A stretch of 64,000 nucleotides of DNA, taken from assembly GCA_018266075.1 (NCBI GenBank), contig JAFEBB010000025.1:26613-90612 (forward strand). The letters run 5' to 3'. Source of the stretch: Deltaproteobacteria bacterium (GTDB lineage Bacteria > Myxococcota > Myxococcia > Myxococcales > SZAS-1). How positions within the stretch are numbered: position 1 is the stretch's first letter; the number at the start of each line of letters is the position of its first letter. The notes below the pieces were generated by a model. That model ran no database searches. It was given only the letters and a program-made list of their open reading frames with translations, and was not told the origin of the DNA. Made by a program: the position numbers and the translations under genes. Below are positions 27,529-35,584 of the stretch, piece after piece.

Positions 27529-28658
27529 AGAGCGTGAACAGCGAGAGTCTGGCGCGCGTGGAGAAGGCGCTGAACCAGCTCCGCCACGGCAAGATGATCA
27601 TCCTCACCGACGACGAGGACCGCGAGAACGAAGGCGACCTCGTGCTCTCGGCGGAGAAGGTCACGCCCGACGCCATAAACTTCATGGCCACGCACGCGCG
27701 CGGGCTGATCTGTCTGTCGCTCACCGAGGAGCGCGTGAAGCGGCTGCGCTTGCCGCTCATGGTCACGGACAACACTTCGCCGTTCTCGACGGCGTTCACG
27801 GTGAGCATCGAGGCCGCGCGCGGCGTCACCACCGGCATCTCTGCGCGCGATCGCTCCGTCACCATCAAGGCTGCCGTGGCTCGCGACGCGCGTCCGGTGG
27901 ATCTCGTTCGGCCGGGCCACGTGTTTCCGCTCGCGGCGCGCCCGGGCGGCGTGCTGGTGCGCACGGGCCAGACCGAAGGATCCGTCGACTTGTGTCGCAT
28001 GGCGGGCCTCGAGCCGGCCGGCGTCATCTGCGAGGTCATGAACGCCGACGGCACCATGGCGCGCCGCAAGGAGCTGGTGCGCTTCGCCAAGCGGCACAAG
28101 CTGCTCATGCTCAGCGTCGCGGACGTGGTGCGCTATCGGCTCGAGCGCGAGCCGCTGGTGCGGCGCGTGTCGGAGACGGCGCCGAGCATCGAGGGCGCGC
28201 AGTTCCGCGCCGTGGCGTACACCAGCGACGTGGACGCCCACACCCACGTCGCGCTGGTGATGGGCAACCCCAAGCCGAGCCGGCCGACGCTGGTACGCGT
28301 GCACGCCGCGTGCTTCATGGGCGACGTGCTCGGCGCGCAGATCTGCGACTGCGGTCAGCTGCTGCGGCAGTCGCTGCGGCAGATCGCCGAGGCGGGTGAG
28401 GGCGTCCTGGTGTACCTCGACAAGGAGCCGCCGCCGGGCGGCAAGCTCGCGTGCACGCACGCCACGCGCACCGCGACGCTCGAGGACCAGCAGCGCGAGC
28501 TCGGCATCGGCGCGCAGATCCTCCGCGACGTGGGCGTGGGCAAGCTGCGGCTCTTGAGCAACAGCGGCCGGCGCATCTCCGGCCTCGAGGGCTTCGGGCT
28601 GCACGTGGTGGATCGCGTGGGCATCAGCGGCAGCCGGCGCACCAAGCGCGCCGGCTGA
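27525..28658 (+). CDS. ribBA: 3,4-dihydroxy-2-butanone-4-phosphate synthase fused to a degenerate GTP cyclohydrolase II-like domain (RibBA / RibBX-type)
   Basis: ATG 27525 overlaps the ribE stop (ATGA). DHBPS motifs DDEDRENEGDL and RTGQTEGSVDL. The C-terminal domain keeps C..CDC but lacks the GRGIGL/DTV/ER segment. Confidence 0.9.
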   Translation: MKSVNSESLARVEKALNQLRHGKMIILTDDEDRENEGDLVLSAEKVTPDAINFMATHARGLICLSLTEERVKRLRLPLMVTDNTSPFSTAFTVSIEAARGVTTGISARDRSVTIKAAVARDARPVDLVRPGHVFPLAARPGGVLVRTGQTEGSVDLCRMAGLEPAGVICEVMNADGTMARRKELVRFAKRHKLLMLSVADVVRYRLEREPLVRRVSETAPSIEGAQFRAVAYTSDVDAHTHVALVMGNPKPSRPTLVRVHAACFMGDVLGAQICDCGQLLRQSLRQIAEAGEGVLVYLDKEPPPGGKLACTHATRTATLEDQQRELGIGAQILRDVGVGKLRLLSNSGRRISGLEGFGLHVVDRVGISGSRRTKRAG

Positions 28659-28720
28659 TTTTCAGCGACGCCGGTGAGGCGCTCGTCGCGGCCACGCTTT
28701 CCCCCGGCTCGCGAGGTCGA

Positions 28721-29101
28721 TCAGGCCACCGCATCCACGATGTGGCAGGGGATGTCCTCGTTCTCGTCGAGGTGGTAGCTCGCGCAGATGCGGTGGTAGC
28801 CGTCGGCGATGACGAGCGGATACCCGCGCGCGAGCCGCCCGCGCACCAGCAACACCGGCGAGAGCTTCTTGCCCTTGCGGACCTTGTGCAGGTCCTCGGC
28901 CACGTGCGCGTTCTCCGAGGGCAAGAGCGGCAGCCCGCTTGCGCGCAAGAGGTCCTTCGCCTTGCGGCGCACGAGCGGCGCCTCCTGGAGCGCCTTCACC
29001 GTCCGGCTGGCCTCCTGCTCCGACATCACCAGCGACAGAAAGTCGCCCGCCGCCGGGTAGTCGTGCGCCTCCGGATCGGACATCCAATGCTCGGTCTTCA
29101 T
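28721..29101 (-). CDS. Small ParB/sulfiredoxin-fold-like protein (hypothetical)
   Basis: 126 aa. KLSPVLLVRG...PLVIADGYHRICA resembles the ParB N-terminal-domain DGxHR core. Assignment is by eye only. Confidence 0.55.
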   Translation of the reverse strand: MKTEHWMSDPEAHDYPAAGDFLSLVMSEQEASRTVKALQEAPLVRRKAKDLLRASGLPLLPSENAHVAEDLHKVRKGKKLSPVLLVRGRLARGYPLVIADGYHRICASYHLDENEDIPCHIVDAVA

Positions 29102-29241
29102 GGGCGGTCACCTCGCGCGTGAAATATGCGGCTGCGGGCGGAAAACGCGCATTCAGGCCGGCTGCAAGAGGCTCCTAACCTTCTCTTGGGATATGGGTCT
29201 CGTTCATTCTTGGACCCCTCGCGCCCTCCCGAGAGCCCACC

Positions 29242-31011
29242 ATGACCTCACGAAAGCCGCTTGGCCTGCTCATTCCGGCCGCGCTCCTGGTGCTGTCCGG
29301 CTGCCTGAACGACGTCGCAGGCACCGACGGCGGACCGCTCGACACCACCTGCATCGAGTGCAACGACGCGGGGCCGGACGCTGGCGTCGATGCCGGCAAT
29401 CTCGGCGATGGCGGTGAATACGACGCGGGTCCAATCGACGCGGGGCCGATCGACGCGGGGCCGATCGACGCCGGTGCGATCGATGCCGGTCCGGTCGACG
29501 CGGGGCCGGTTGACGCCGGTCCGGAGGATGCTGGCCCTGTCGATGCCGGCCCGGTGGACGCGGGTCCGGAGGATGCGGGCCCGGTCGACGCAGGGCCCAT
29601 CGACGCGGGCCCGCAGGGAGATGGCGGCCCGTGGATCGCCCTCAGCGTCTCCGGAAATCCGGTGAACGTGCTCAGCGCGGTCGGCAGCGTGACCGCGGAT
29701 CCAGCGGTGGTGAGCGTGCACGTCGACTTCGCGACCTTGGTCGACGCGGGCCCGGCGACCTCGACGCCCGAGTTCGCGATGCGGTCGGGCGCGGTCATCG
29801 TTCCGGTGCTGCCGCTCCGGGCGCAGACGTCGTACAGCTTCACGGCCGTGGGCGCGCTCAGCGACGGCGGCACGCTCAGCAGCGCCCCGGCCACGCTCAC
29901 CACCAACGCGCTCCCGCTCGCGTTGCACGCCTTCACCGTGACCACCGACGGCGGCCCGATCGAGCCCGGGTACACGTTGATCGCGCGGCTGCCGCAGGTC
30001 GCTTCCGGCAGCGTGAACTACGTGAGCATCGTGGACGCCAGCGGCGCGCCGGTCTGGTACCTCGGCCTCAACCCGGGCCTGGTGGGCGACTTCCAGAAGC
30101 AGCCCGACGGCACGTACACCATTGCCGTGGACGATGTGGCCCACGCGGTCAGCGGGCTGCCCGAGGCGGTGGCCACGTTTGCGCAATACGACGTGCTCGG
30201 AAACCAGGTCGCGACCTGGGCCACGCAGGGCACCATCGCCACCGACTGCCACGAGTTCCTGCTCCAACCCGACGGCACTGCGCTCATGCTCGGCCTCGTG
30301 GAGCAGACCGTGGACATGAGCGCGTACGCCGCCAACGGCAACCCCAGCGCCACGGTCATCGAGAACGTGGTGCAGCGCGTGGCCCCCGACGGCGGCGTGC
30401 TCTTCTCCTGGAACACCTTCGACGATCTCTCGATCGACGCCATGGATCACACGGTGCCGCGCACGGGCAGCGTGATCGACGCCACCCACGCCAACTCCAT
30501 CGCCGTCCTCGCCGACGGCAACTACCTGGTGAGCCTGCGCAACATGAGCCAGTTGGTGAAGGTGAACGCCACCACCGGCGACGTGATGTGGAAGCTGGGC
30601 GGCCAGTACAGCGATGGCGGGGCCGCGGGCGACTTCAACTTCGTGAACGATCCGCTCGGCGGGTTCTCGCTGCAGCACGCGGCGCGCGAGCTCCCCAACG
30701 GCGACATCATCCTCTTCGACGACGGCAACGGGCACGTGCCCCCCCAGAGCCGCGCCGTGGAGTACATGCTCGACACCACCAGCTCGCCCATGACCGCCAC
30801 GCTGGTGTGGTCGGCCGAGGACTCGCCGCCGCTCTACGCGTACGCGCTCGGCTACGCGCAGCGGCTCGGCAACGGCGACACGCTCATCACCTACGGCACC
30901 ACCTCGCACGTGCAAGAGGTCGACACCAACGGGAACGTGCTCTGGGATCTCTTCGACCTCACGCATCCCTTCGGCATCTACCGCGCGTTCCGCGTGGGCT
31001 CGCTGTACTGA
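29242..31011 (+). CDS. Arylsulfotransferase (ASST)-like beta-propeller lipoprotein with DAGPx repeat linker
   Basis: Lipobox LVLSGC, 13 DAGPx pentapeptides, C-terminal region with ASST-like motifs (IDATHANSI, LQHAARELPNGDIILFDDGN). Confidence 0.8.
   Translation: MTSRKPLGLLIPAALLVLSGCLNDVAGTDGGPLDTTCIECNDAGPDAGVDAGNLGDGGEYDAGPIDAGPIDAGPIDAGAIDAGPVDAGPVDAGPEDAGPVDAGPVDAGPEDAGPVDAGPIDAGPQGDGGPWIALSVSGNPVNVLSAVGSVTADPAVVSVHVDFATLVDAGPATSTPEFAMRSGAVIVPVLPLRAQTSYSFTAVGALSDGGTLSSAPATLTTNALPLALHAFTVTTDGGPIEPGYTLIARLPQVASGSVNYVSIVDASGAPVWYLGLNPGLVGDFQKQPDGTYTIAVDDVAHAVSGLPEAVATFAQYDVLGNQVATWATQGTIATDCHEFLLQPDGTALMLGLVEQTVDMSAYAANGNPSATVIENVVQRVAPDGGVLFSWNTFDDLSIDAMDHTVPRTGSVIDATHANSIAVLADGNYLVSLRNMSQLVKVNATTGDVMWKLGGQYSDGGAAGDFNFVNDPLGGFSLQHAARELPNGDIILFDDGNGHVPPQSRAVEYMLDTTSSPMTATLVWSAEDSPPLYAYALGYAQRLGNGDTLITYGTTSHVQEVDTNGNVLWDLFDLTHPFGIYRAFRVGSLY
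29422..29616 (+). repeat. 13 tandem 15-nt repeats encoding DAG(P/A)x
   Basis: gac gcg ggg ccg atc-type units, in frame: DAGPI x3, DAGAI, DAGPV x2, DAGPE, DAGPV x2, DAGPE, DAGPV, DAGPI, DAGPQ. Confidence 0.95.
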
Positions 31012-31047
31012 GCGTGCGACACTCGCGCGGCAACGCTCGAGGCCATC

Positions 31048-31659
31048 ATGAAAGCGCGCGTGAAGCTCTTCCGCCCCGAGGGCGCTGGAACGGGCACGTT
31101 CTTCATCGTCCCGTTCGATGTCGAAGCGGCCTTCGGCAAGAAGCGCCCGCCGGTCGTGGTCACGATTGGCAAGATCACCTACCGCACCACGGTCGCGGTG
31201 TACGAGGGCAAGCCGCACCTCATCGTTCGAAGCGAGCTGCGCGAGAAGGCGGGCGTGGAGGCCGGCCAGACCGTGACCGTGAAGCTCGAGCTCGATCGCG
31301 CGGCGCGCGTGGTGGCGCTCACGCCGGAGATGAAGACGCAGCTGCGACAGAGCAAGCGCGCGTCGGACGCCTGGGCGCAGCTGAGCTACTCGCACCAGAA
31401 GGAGCACGCGGCCTGGCTCGCCGACGCGAAGAAGCCCGAGACGCGTGCGCGTCGGCTGGCCAAGTGGATCGACGTGCTCGAGGCGCTGCCGCCGAAGAAG
31501 AAGCGGGTGGGCGGAACGACGGGCGGCGACTCCACCGGCTCGGACGGCAGCTCCGATGACGGCAGCGACTCCGGTTCCTGCGATGGCTGCAAGAAGGCGC
31601 CGTCGCTCACCACCGGCCACGGGACCACGCGCGCCCGGGCGCGGCTGCTGCAGCGCTGA
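31048..31659 (+). CDS. DUF1905 + YdeI/OmpD-associated domain protein
   Basis: FFIVPFDVEAAFGKKRPPVVVTIGKITYRTTV (DUF1905-like), then WAQLSYSHQKEHAAWLADAKKPETRARRLAKWIDVL (YdeI-like). Unusual Gly/Ser/Asp-rich tail. Confidence 0.8.
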   Translation: MKARVKLFRPEGAGTGTFFIVPFDVEAAFGKKRPPVVVTIGKITYRTTVAVYEGKPHLIVRSELREKAGVEAGQTVTVKLELDRAARVVALTPEMKTQLRQSKRASDAWAQLSYSHQKEHAAWLADAKKPETRARRLAKWIDVLEALPPKKKRVGGTTGGDSTGSDGSSDDGSDSGSCDGCKKAPSLTTGHGTTRARARLLQR

Positions 31660-31694
31660 TCGATCGCAGCCCGACGCCTGCCCGCCTGGCCGGC

Positions 31695-31877
31695 CTACTT
31701 GCACATCACGATGTGCGGCTTGGGGCAGGGGGCGCCTAGGTTGCAGGGCTTGTCACAACAGGTGCCGTTCAAGCATCGGTACGTGGTCGCACCCAGCACG
31801 GTCTGGATGACGCGCTCGCTCCTCAGCGCCGGTCGCCGATACGTACCTCGTGCACTGGGCCTGCTCGGACGCACCAT
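31695..31877 (-). CDS. 60-aa Arg-rich / Cys-rich small protein (unannotated-type small ORF)
   Basis: Part of track ORF 31695..31964. ATG 31877 is preceded by GGAG at a 5-nt spacing. High GC3 inside an otherwise lower-GC spacer. MVRPSRPSARGTYRRPALRSERVIQTVLGATTYRCLNGTCCDKPCNLGAPCPKPHIVMCK (6 Cys). Confidence 0.45.
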   Translation of the reverse strand: MVRPSRPSARGTYRRPALRSERVIQTVLGATTYRCLNGTCCDKPCNLGAPCPKPHIVMCK

Positions 31878-32039
31878 CCCTGCTCCAACATTTTGGTAGG
31901 GACGGTTTATCGGCTCGCCGGTTACAACTCCCAGGGGAGCGGGCGGCCGGGCGGACGGCCTCACGTCATGCCGCGTCCGGGCGCGCCGCTTCCGGCTCCG
32001 GGGCCACCGCCGGCGAGGCCCCGGGTCGCCGGAGGGCCG

Positions 32040-32429
32040 CTACTGGCAGAACGACGAGTCGTCGCGCGTGGCCGAGCAGGCGCCGCTCGAGTTGCACTTG
32101 CCGTTGAGGCAGTACACGGCGAGCCACTGGTTGCTGCCGCTGGAGCACGAGCAGCACGTGGGCTGGCACTCGGTCGACGCGCTGCACGACTCGCCGTCCG
32201 ACTTGCTGCCGGTGAGGTTCGAAGGGTTCGAGGGACAGCCGCCGTTCACCTGCTCGGTGTTCGAGTCGCTGGAGCTCGAGCCCGTGGTGCCGCTGGTGCT
32301 GCCGCCGCTCGTGTTGCCGCCGTTGCCGCTTCCGTTTCCACCACTGTTGCCACCGCTGCTGCTGCCAGAGTTCCCTCCGCCGCAGCCCACCAGGCACGCC
32401 ACCACCACCGCAAAGAAGATCCGCTTCAT
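32040..32429 (-). CDS. Small Cys-rich lipoprotein with Gly/Ser linker
   Basis: Track ORF 32040..32495 trimmed to ATG 32429. MKRIFFAVVVACLVGC lipobox, G/S/N linker, then a 10-Cys C-terminal module (...CQPTCCSCSSGSNQWLAVYCLNGKCNSSGAC...). Confidence 0.7.
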   Translation of the reverse strand: MKRIFFAVVVACLVGCGGGNSGSSSGGNSGGNGSGNGGNTSGGSTSGTTGSSSSDSNTEQVNGGCPSNPSNLTGSKSDGESCSASTECQPTCCSCSSGSNQWLAVYCLNGKCNSSGACSATRDDSSFCQ

Positions 32430-32539
32430 GGCTCGCTCCGCCGGCGAATTCCGCCGAATCGACGGCGGCGGAATGCCGCGTCTCGTACGGTTCACCCGCG
32501 GGAGCGGAGGACTGCGCAGAAATTCTCAAAGCCCCGTCG

Positions 32540-33283
32540 TCAGAAGCAGACGCCGCCGCCGGTGGGGAAGGTGGTGCAGTGGTTGTTCTGGCAGTCGGCG
32601 TTGGTGTCGCAGGCCTGGCCGAAGGAGCCGTCGCTGCACTGGCCGAGCACGTCGTTCGGGTTGGCCTTGATGCACTTCCAGTTGGTGGGGCAGTCCGTGG
32701 CGTCGGCGCAGAGGCCGGCCAGGCAGACGCGATCCTTGCCGGTGATGTAGCCGTCGTTGCACACCGCGCCCATGGTGCCCTTGGGGCAGCTGCCGTCGCG
32801 CGCGCACGCGGGGTACGACTGACAGGAGGTGGTGGCGTTGCCGCTGTTGTCGCTGTTCTGGATGCAGATGGAGTTGGCGTTGCAGCCGTCGCTGCCGTCG
32901 AGGGTGACGTTGCAGACCGTGGTCGGCGGCGGCGTGCTGCAGAAGCCCGTCGAGCACACCTGGCTGCTCGCGCACTGGGAGTTGCTGCCGCAGGTGGGCA
33001 CGTCGATGTCCTGGCAGAGCCGCGTGCTCGCGGTGTCGCAGTACTGGTTGCTGGCGCAGTCGCCGTCGGTGGTGCAGCCCAGCTCGCAGATGCCGTTGAA
33101 GCAGAGCTGGCCGCTGGGGCAGGGGTTGGCGCTGGTGCACGGGATGATGGTCAGCGTGCCCGTGGTGCCGCCGCTGCTGCCGCTCGAGCCCGAGGTGCCG
33201 CTGGTGCCGCTGGTGCCGGTCTTCACGCCGCCGCCGCACGCGAGGAGCGCCACGCTCGTTAACAGGATGGTTAGGTTGCGCAT
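32540..33283 (-). CDS. Cys-rich repeat lipoprotein with S/T/G linker
   Basis: Track ORF 32540..33598 trimmed to ATG 33283. MRNLTILLTSVALLAC lipobox, TSGTSGTSGSSGSSGG linker, repeated C-x(n)-C-x(n)-G-x-C disulfide modules. Confidence 0.75.
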   Translation of the reverse strand: MRNLTILLTSVALLACGGGVKTGTSGTSGTSGSSGSSGGTTGTLTIIPCTSANPCPSGQLCFNGICELGCTTDGDCASNQYCDTASTRLCQDIDVPTCGSNSQCASSQVCSTGFCSTPPPTTVCNVTLDGSDGCNANSICIQNSDNSGNATTSCQSYPACARDGSCPKGTMGAVCNDGYITGKDRVCLAGLCADATDCPTNWKCIKANPNDVLGQCSDGSFGQACDTNADCQNNHCTTFPTGGGVCF

Positions 33284-33299
33284 GTCGTCTCCGCGTCCA

Positions 33300-34841
33300 T
33301 CAGATTCCCACCGCGACGCCCAGCCAGCCGAAGGGGAGGATGATCCAGGCGGCCTTGGCGTCGCGTTCGGTGAGGGCGAGCGGGAGCCGGGCCTCGGCGG
33401 TGAGCGCCACCGGCCCGGCGAGGTGCACCGCGGCGCCCAGGGATGCGGCCGCGGCGCCAATGGGCGAAGCGTCGACCTCGCCCGTGTCCCAGCCTTGAAC
33501 CGCGACGCCCGCGCCGGCCTCGCCCGCGATCCACGCGCGCACGGGACCGAGATCCGTGCCGAGCCGATAGCCCACGAGCGCGAGCATCGTCGTCTCACGG
33601 TAGTCCTGGGCGCGTCCGGTGCCGACCGCGAGCGTGATCGCCGAGCCTTGTGCGCTGTTGCCGCGCAGGGTGACGTCGGCGAGCGCCAGGCCCACGTTGG
33701 TCACGCCATAGCCGACGCCGAGCCCCACGCCGAGCTCGAGCCCGTTCGACGTCGGCGTCGGCGCGGCGGCCACGCTCACCGATGGATCGCCCTTGGTGGC
33801 GGCGGTGATCTCGGGGCCCAGCTTCACGTCGGTCCACGACACAGGATGGATTTCGCCGGCGGCGATCTGCACACGCCCGGTGAACGCGCGGCCCTCGCGC
33901 CACATCTTCACGCCGTACGGACCGGGCACCACCGCGAGCTGTCGCGCCGCGCCGGGAACGAGCTCGGCGATGACCTGATCGCGCACGAGGTCCGTCACCA
34001 GCGCGCGCTCGAAACCTTCGGGAAGCGTGACCGCCGCCGCGGGATGTCCCAGCTCCGCGAGCACGAGCTCGCCCTCGCCCGAGAGCTGCACGTCGAACTC
34101 GGGATGCTGCGGGCCGATCTCCGTCGCGGCCGTGGCAGACACGGTGTGCACGTACGCGTACTGGTACGCCTCGCTGAGCGTGACGCGCCCATCGCCCGAC
34201 GCATCCGCGGCGCCGCGCAATCCGGAGAGGAAGCTCTCGGTGAAGTAGCTCCCGCGCAGCTCCTTCGATTCGAGCGCCACCTCGTCGGCCGCGCTCGACG
34301 TCAGCAGCACCTGGCCGCTCGTCGCGAGCTCGTCGGTCAAGCGAATCTGAAAGCCGTTGCCGCGCGTGCCGCCCTTGAGCGTGAGCAGCCCGCCCGAGCG
34401 ACACGAGTCCACGATCGCCAACCGCACCTCGGCGCCCGTCGCCTGCAGCCGCCGCCGCAGCTCGCTGAACGGCAGCCGATCCTTGCCGAGCTCGAGCGCC
34501 TCGCCGTCCGAGTGCCCGGAAAAGTAGAAGACGAGCAGCACGCGCGCGTCGCCCTGTGCGTGGTACGCGGCGGTGCGCGTCTGCGCGCGGGTGAAGGCCT
34601 CGTCGAGCTCGGCGAGCGAGCGGCCCTGGAGGAGCTCGAGGTCATCGCGACCCACGTCGCCGACCTCGGCGAACGTGCGCGCCACCTTCCCGGCGTCATC
34701 CTCGGCGTAGTGGAGCGGCGGCTGATCGCCCGAGCCCGCGTTGTTGCCGACGACGATCGCCACGCGGCGGGTCTCGGCCCGCGCCGCACCGGTCCACGCG
34801 GCCAGGAGACCCGCAAGGGCGACGGCGAGGGCGCGGCTCAC
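33300..34841 (-). CDS. Exported caspase-like (peptidase C14) protein with C-terminal beta-barrel-like domain
   Basis: Track ORF 33300..35486 trimmed to GTG 34841 (GTGA overlap with the anti-sigma stop). Signal VSRALAVALAGLLAAWTGAARA. His/Cys dyad contexts LLVFYFSGHS and AIVDSCRSGG. C-terminal ~150 aa is G/A/V-rich with alternating hydrophobicity. Confidence 0.8.
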   Translation of the reverse strand: MSRALAVALAGLLAAWTGAARAETRRVAIVVGNNAGSGDQPPLHYAEDDAGKVARTFAEVGDVGRDDLELLQGRSLAELDEAFTRAQTRTAAYHAQGDARVLLVFYFSGHSDGEALELGKDRLPFSELRRRLQATGAEVRLAIVDSCRSGGLLTLKGGTRGNGFQIRLTDELATSGQVLLTSSAADEVALESKELRGSYFTESFLSGLRGAADASGDGRVTLSEAYQYAYVHTVSATAATEIGPQHPEFDVQLSGEGELVLAELGHPAAAVTLPEGFERALVTDLVRDQVIAELVPGAARQLAVVPGPYGVKMWREGRAFTGRVQIAAGEIHPVSWTDVKLGPEITAATKGDPSVSVAAAPTPTSNGLELGVGLGVGYGVTNVGLALADVTLRGNSAQGSAITLAVGTGRAQDYRETTMLALVGYRLGTDLGPVRAWIAGEAGAGVAVQGWDTGEVDASPIGAAAASLGAAVHLAGPVALTAEARLPLALTERDAKAAWIILPFGWLGVAVGI

Positions 34842-35584
34842 GGCGACGGCTCCTTCTCGAACCAGGTGCTCACTTCCGACGCACCCGGGACGCCCAGTAT
34901 TCCACCCGCGCGAATGGCCGGCGGGCCGCCTTGCGCCACGGCCGTCAACGCAGGCTGGACGCTCTCCGTCGAGATCGGCGCGTCGCTGAAGAGCGCGTAC
35001 AGCCGCTCCGGTCCAGGCGCGCGATCGAGCACCACGCTCCCGGGGATCTCCACGCGCGGACCCGAAATGGGCGCGCTCTCGTTGCCGTCGAACGGCTCGT
35101 ACACGCTCACCGTACCCGCGCCGTCGACGGACATGATGAGCAGGAACCTCCGCTTGCCCGGCTCGATCACGAAGCGGAGCTCGTCGCCGGCCGCGAGCAT
35201 CTCGCCGGGCCTGAGCGGCGACACGCGCGCGCCGTGCTTCACCACCACCTGCAGCGCGGGCCCGCCCTTGATGCCGTTGTCCGGCGCAGGCGGACGCAGG
35301 AGCACCAGCAGCAGAATCGGGATCGCCAACGCGAGCGCGGCGTAGAGCGGCGTCCGCGAGGTGAAGAACCGACGCCAGCCGCTCGCGCGCTCCACAGCAC
35401 CCGGCATCAGGAGCGGAAGCCTGGTGCTCGCGAACTGCGCCTGGCGTGCCTTGAGGTCGGCCAGCGTGGCGCTGCACGTGGCGCATGAGCCCAGGTGCGC
35501 CTCGAGGCTCGCGCGCTCGTCGGCTGGGAGCCCGCCGAGCAGGTAGGTGTCGAGCTTGAGCTGAGAGAGATGGCCGTCGCTCAT
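34838..35584 (-). CDS. Anti-sigma factor (zinc-binding ZAS type, single TM)
   Basis: HLGSCATC (H-x3-C-x2-C), TM LYAALALAIPILLLVLL, ~150-aa extracytoplasmic domain. ATGA overlap with the sigma gene. Confidence 0.8.
   Translation of the reverse strand: MSDGHLSQLKLDTYLLGGLPADERASLEAHLGSCATCSATLADLKARQAQFASTRLPLLMPGAVERASGWRRFFTSRTPLYAALALAIPILLLVLLRPPAPDNGIKGGPALQVVVKHGARVSPLRPGEMLAAGDELRFVIEPGKRRFLLIMSVDGAGTVSVYEPFDGNESAPISGPRVEIPGSVVLDRAPGPERLYALFSDAPISTESVQPALTAVAQGGPPAIRAGGILGVPGASEVSTWFEKEPSP

Noticed and set aside
29422-29616. The tandem 15-nt repeat array as a possible CRISPR or minisatellite locus
   Set aside because: The units are contiguous with no spacers and far too short. They are perfectly in frame, encoding DAGPx inside a well-supported lipoprotein gene, and no cas genes are present.
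29248-31704. 818-aa minus-strand ORF over the ASST-like and DUF1905 genes
   Set aside because: Antisense to two genes with signal, lipobox and domain motifs. Composition is artefactual.
31699-31899. 66-aa plus-strand ORF in the low-GC spacer
   Set aside because: It is antisense to the better-supported small Cys-rich ORF, which has GGAG + ATG and high GC3. It has no SD and poor codon bias.
32829-35345. 838-aa plus-strand ORF over the Cys-rich lipoprotein, caspase-like and anti-sigma genes
   Set aside because: Antisense to a coherent, overlap-coupled minus-strand operon. No motifs, and Arg/Ala/Gly-rich.
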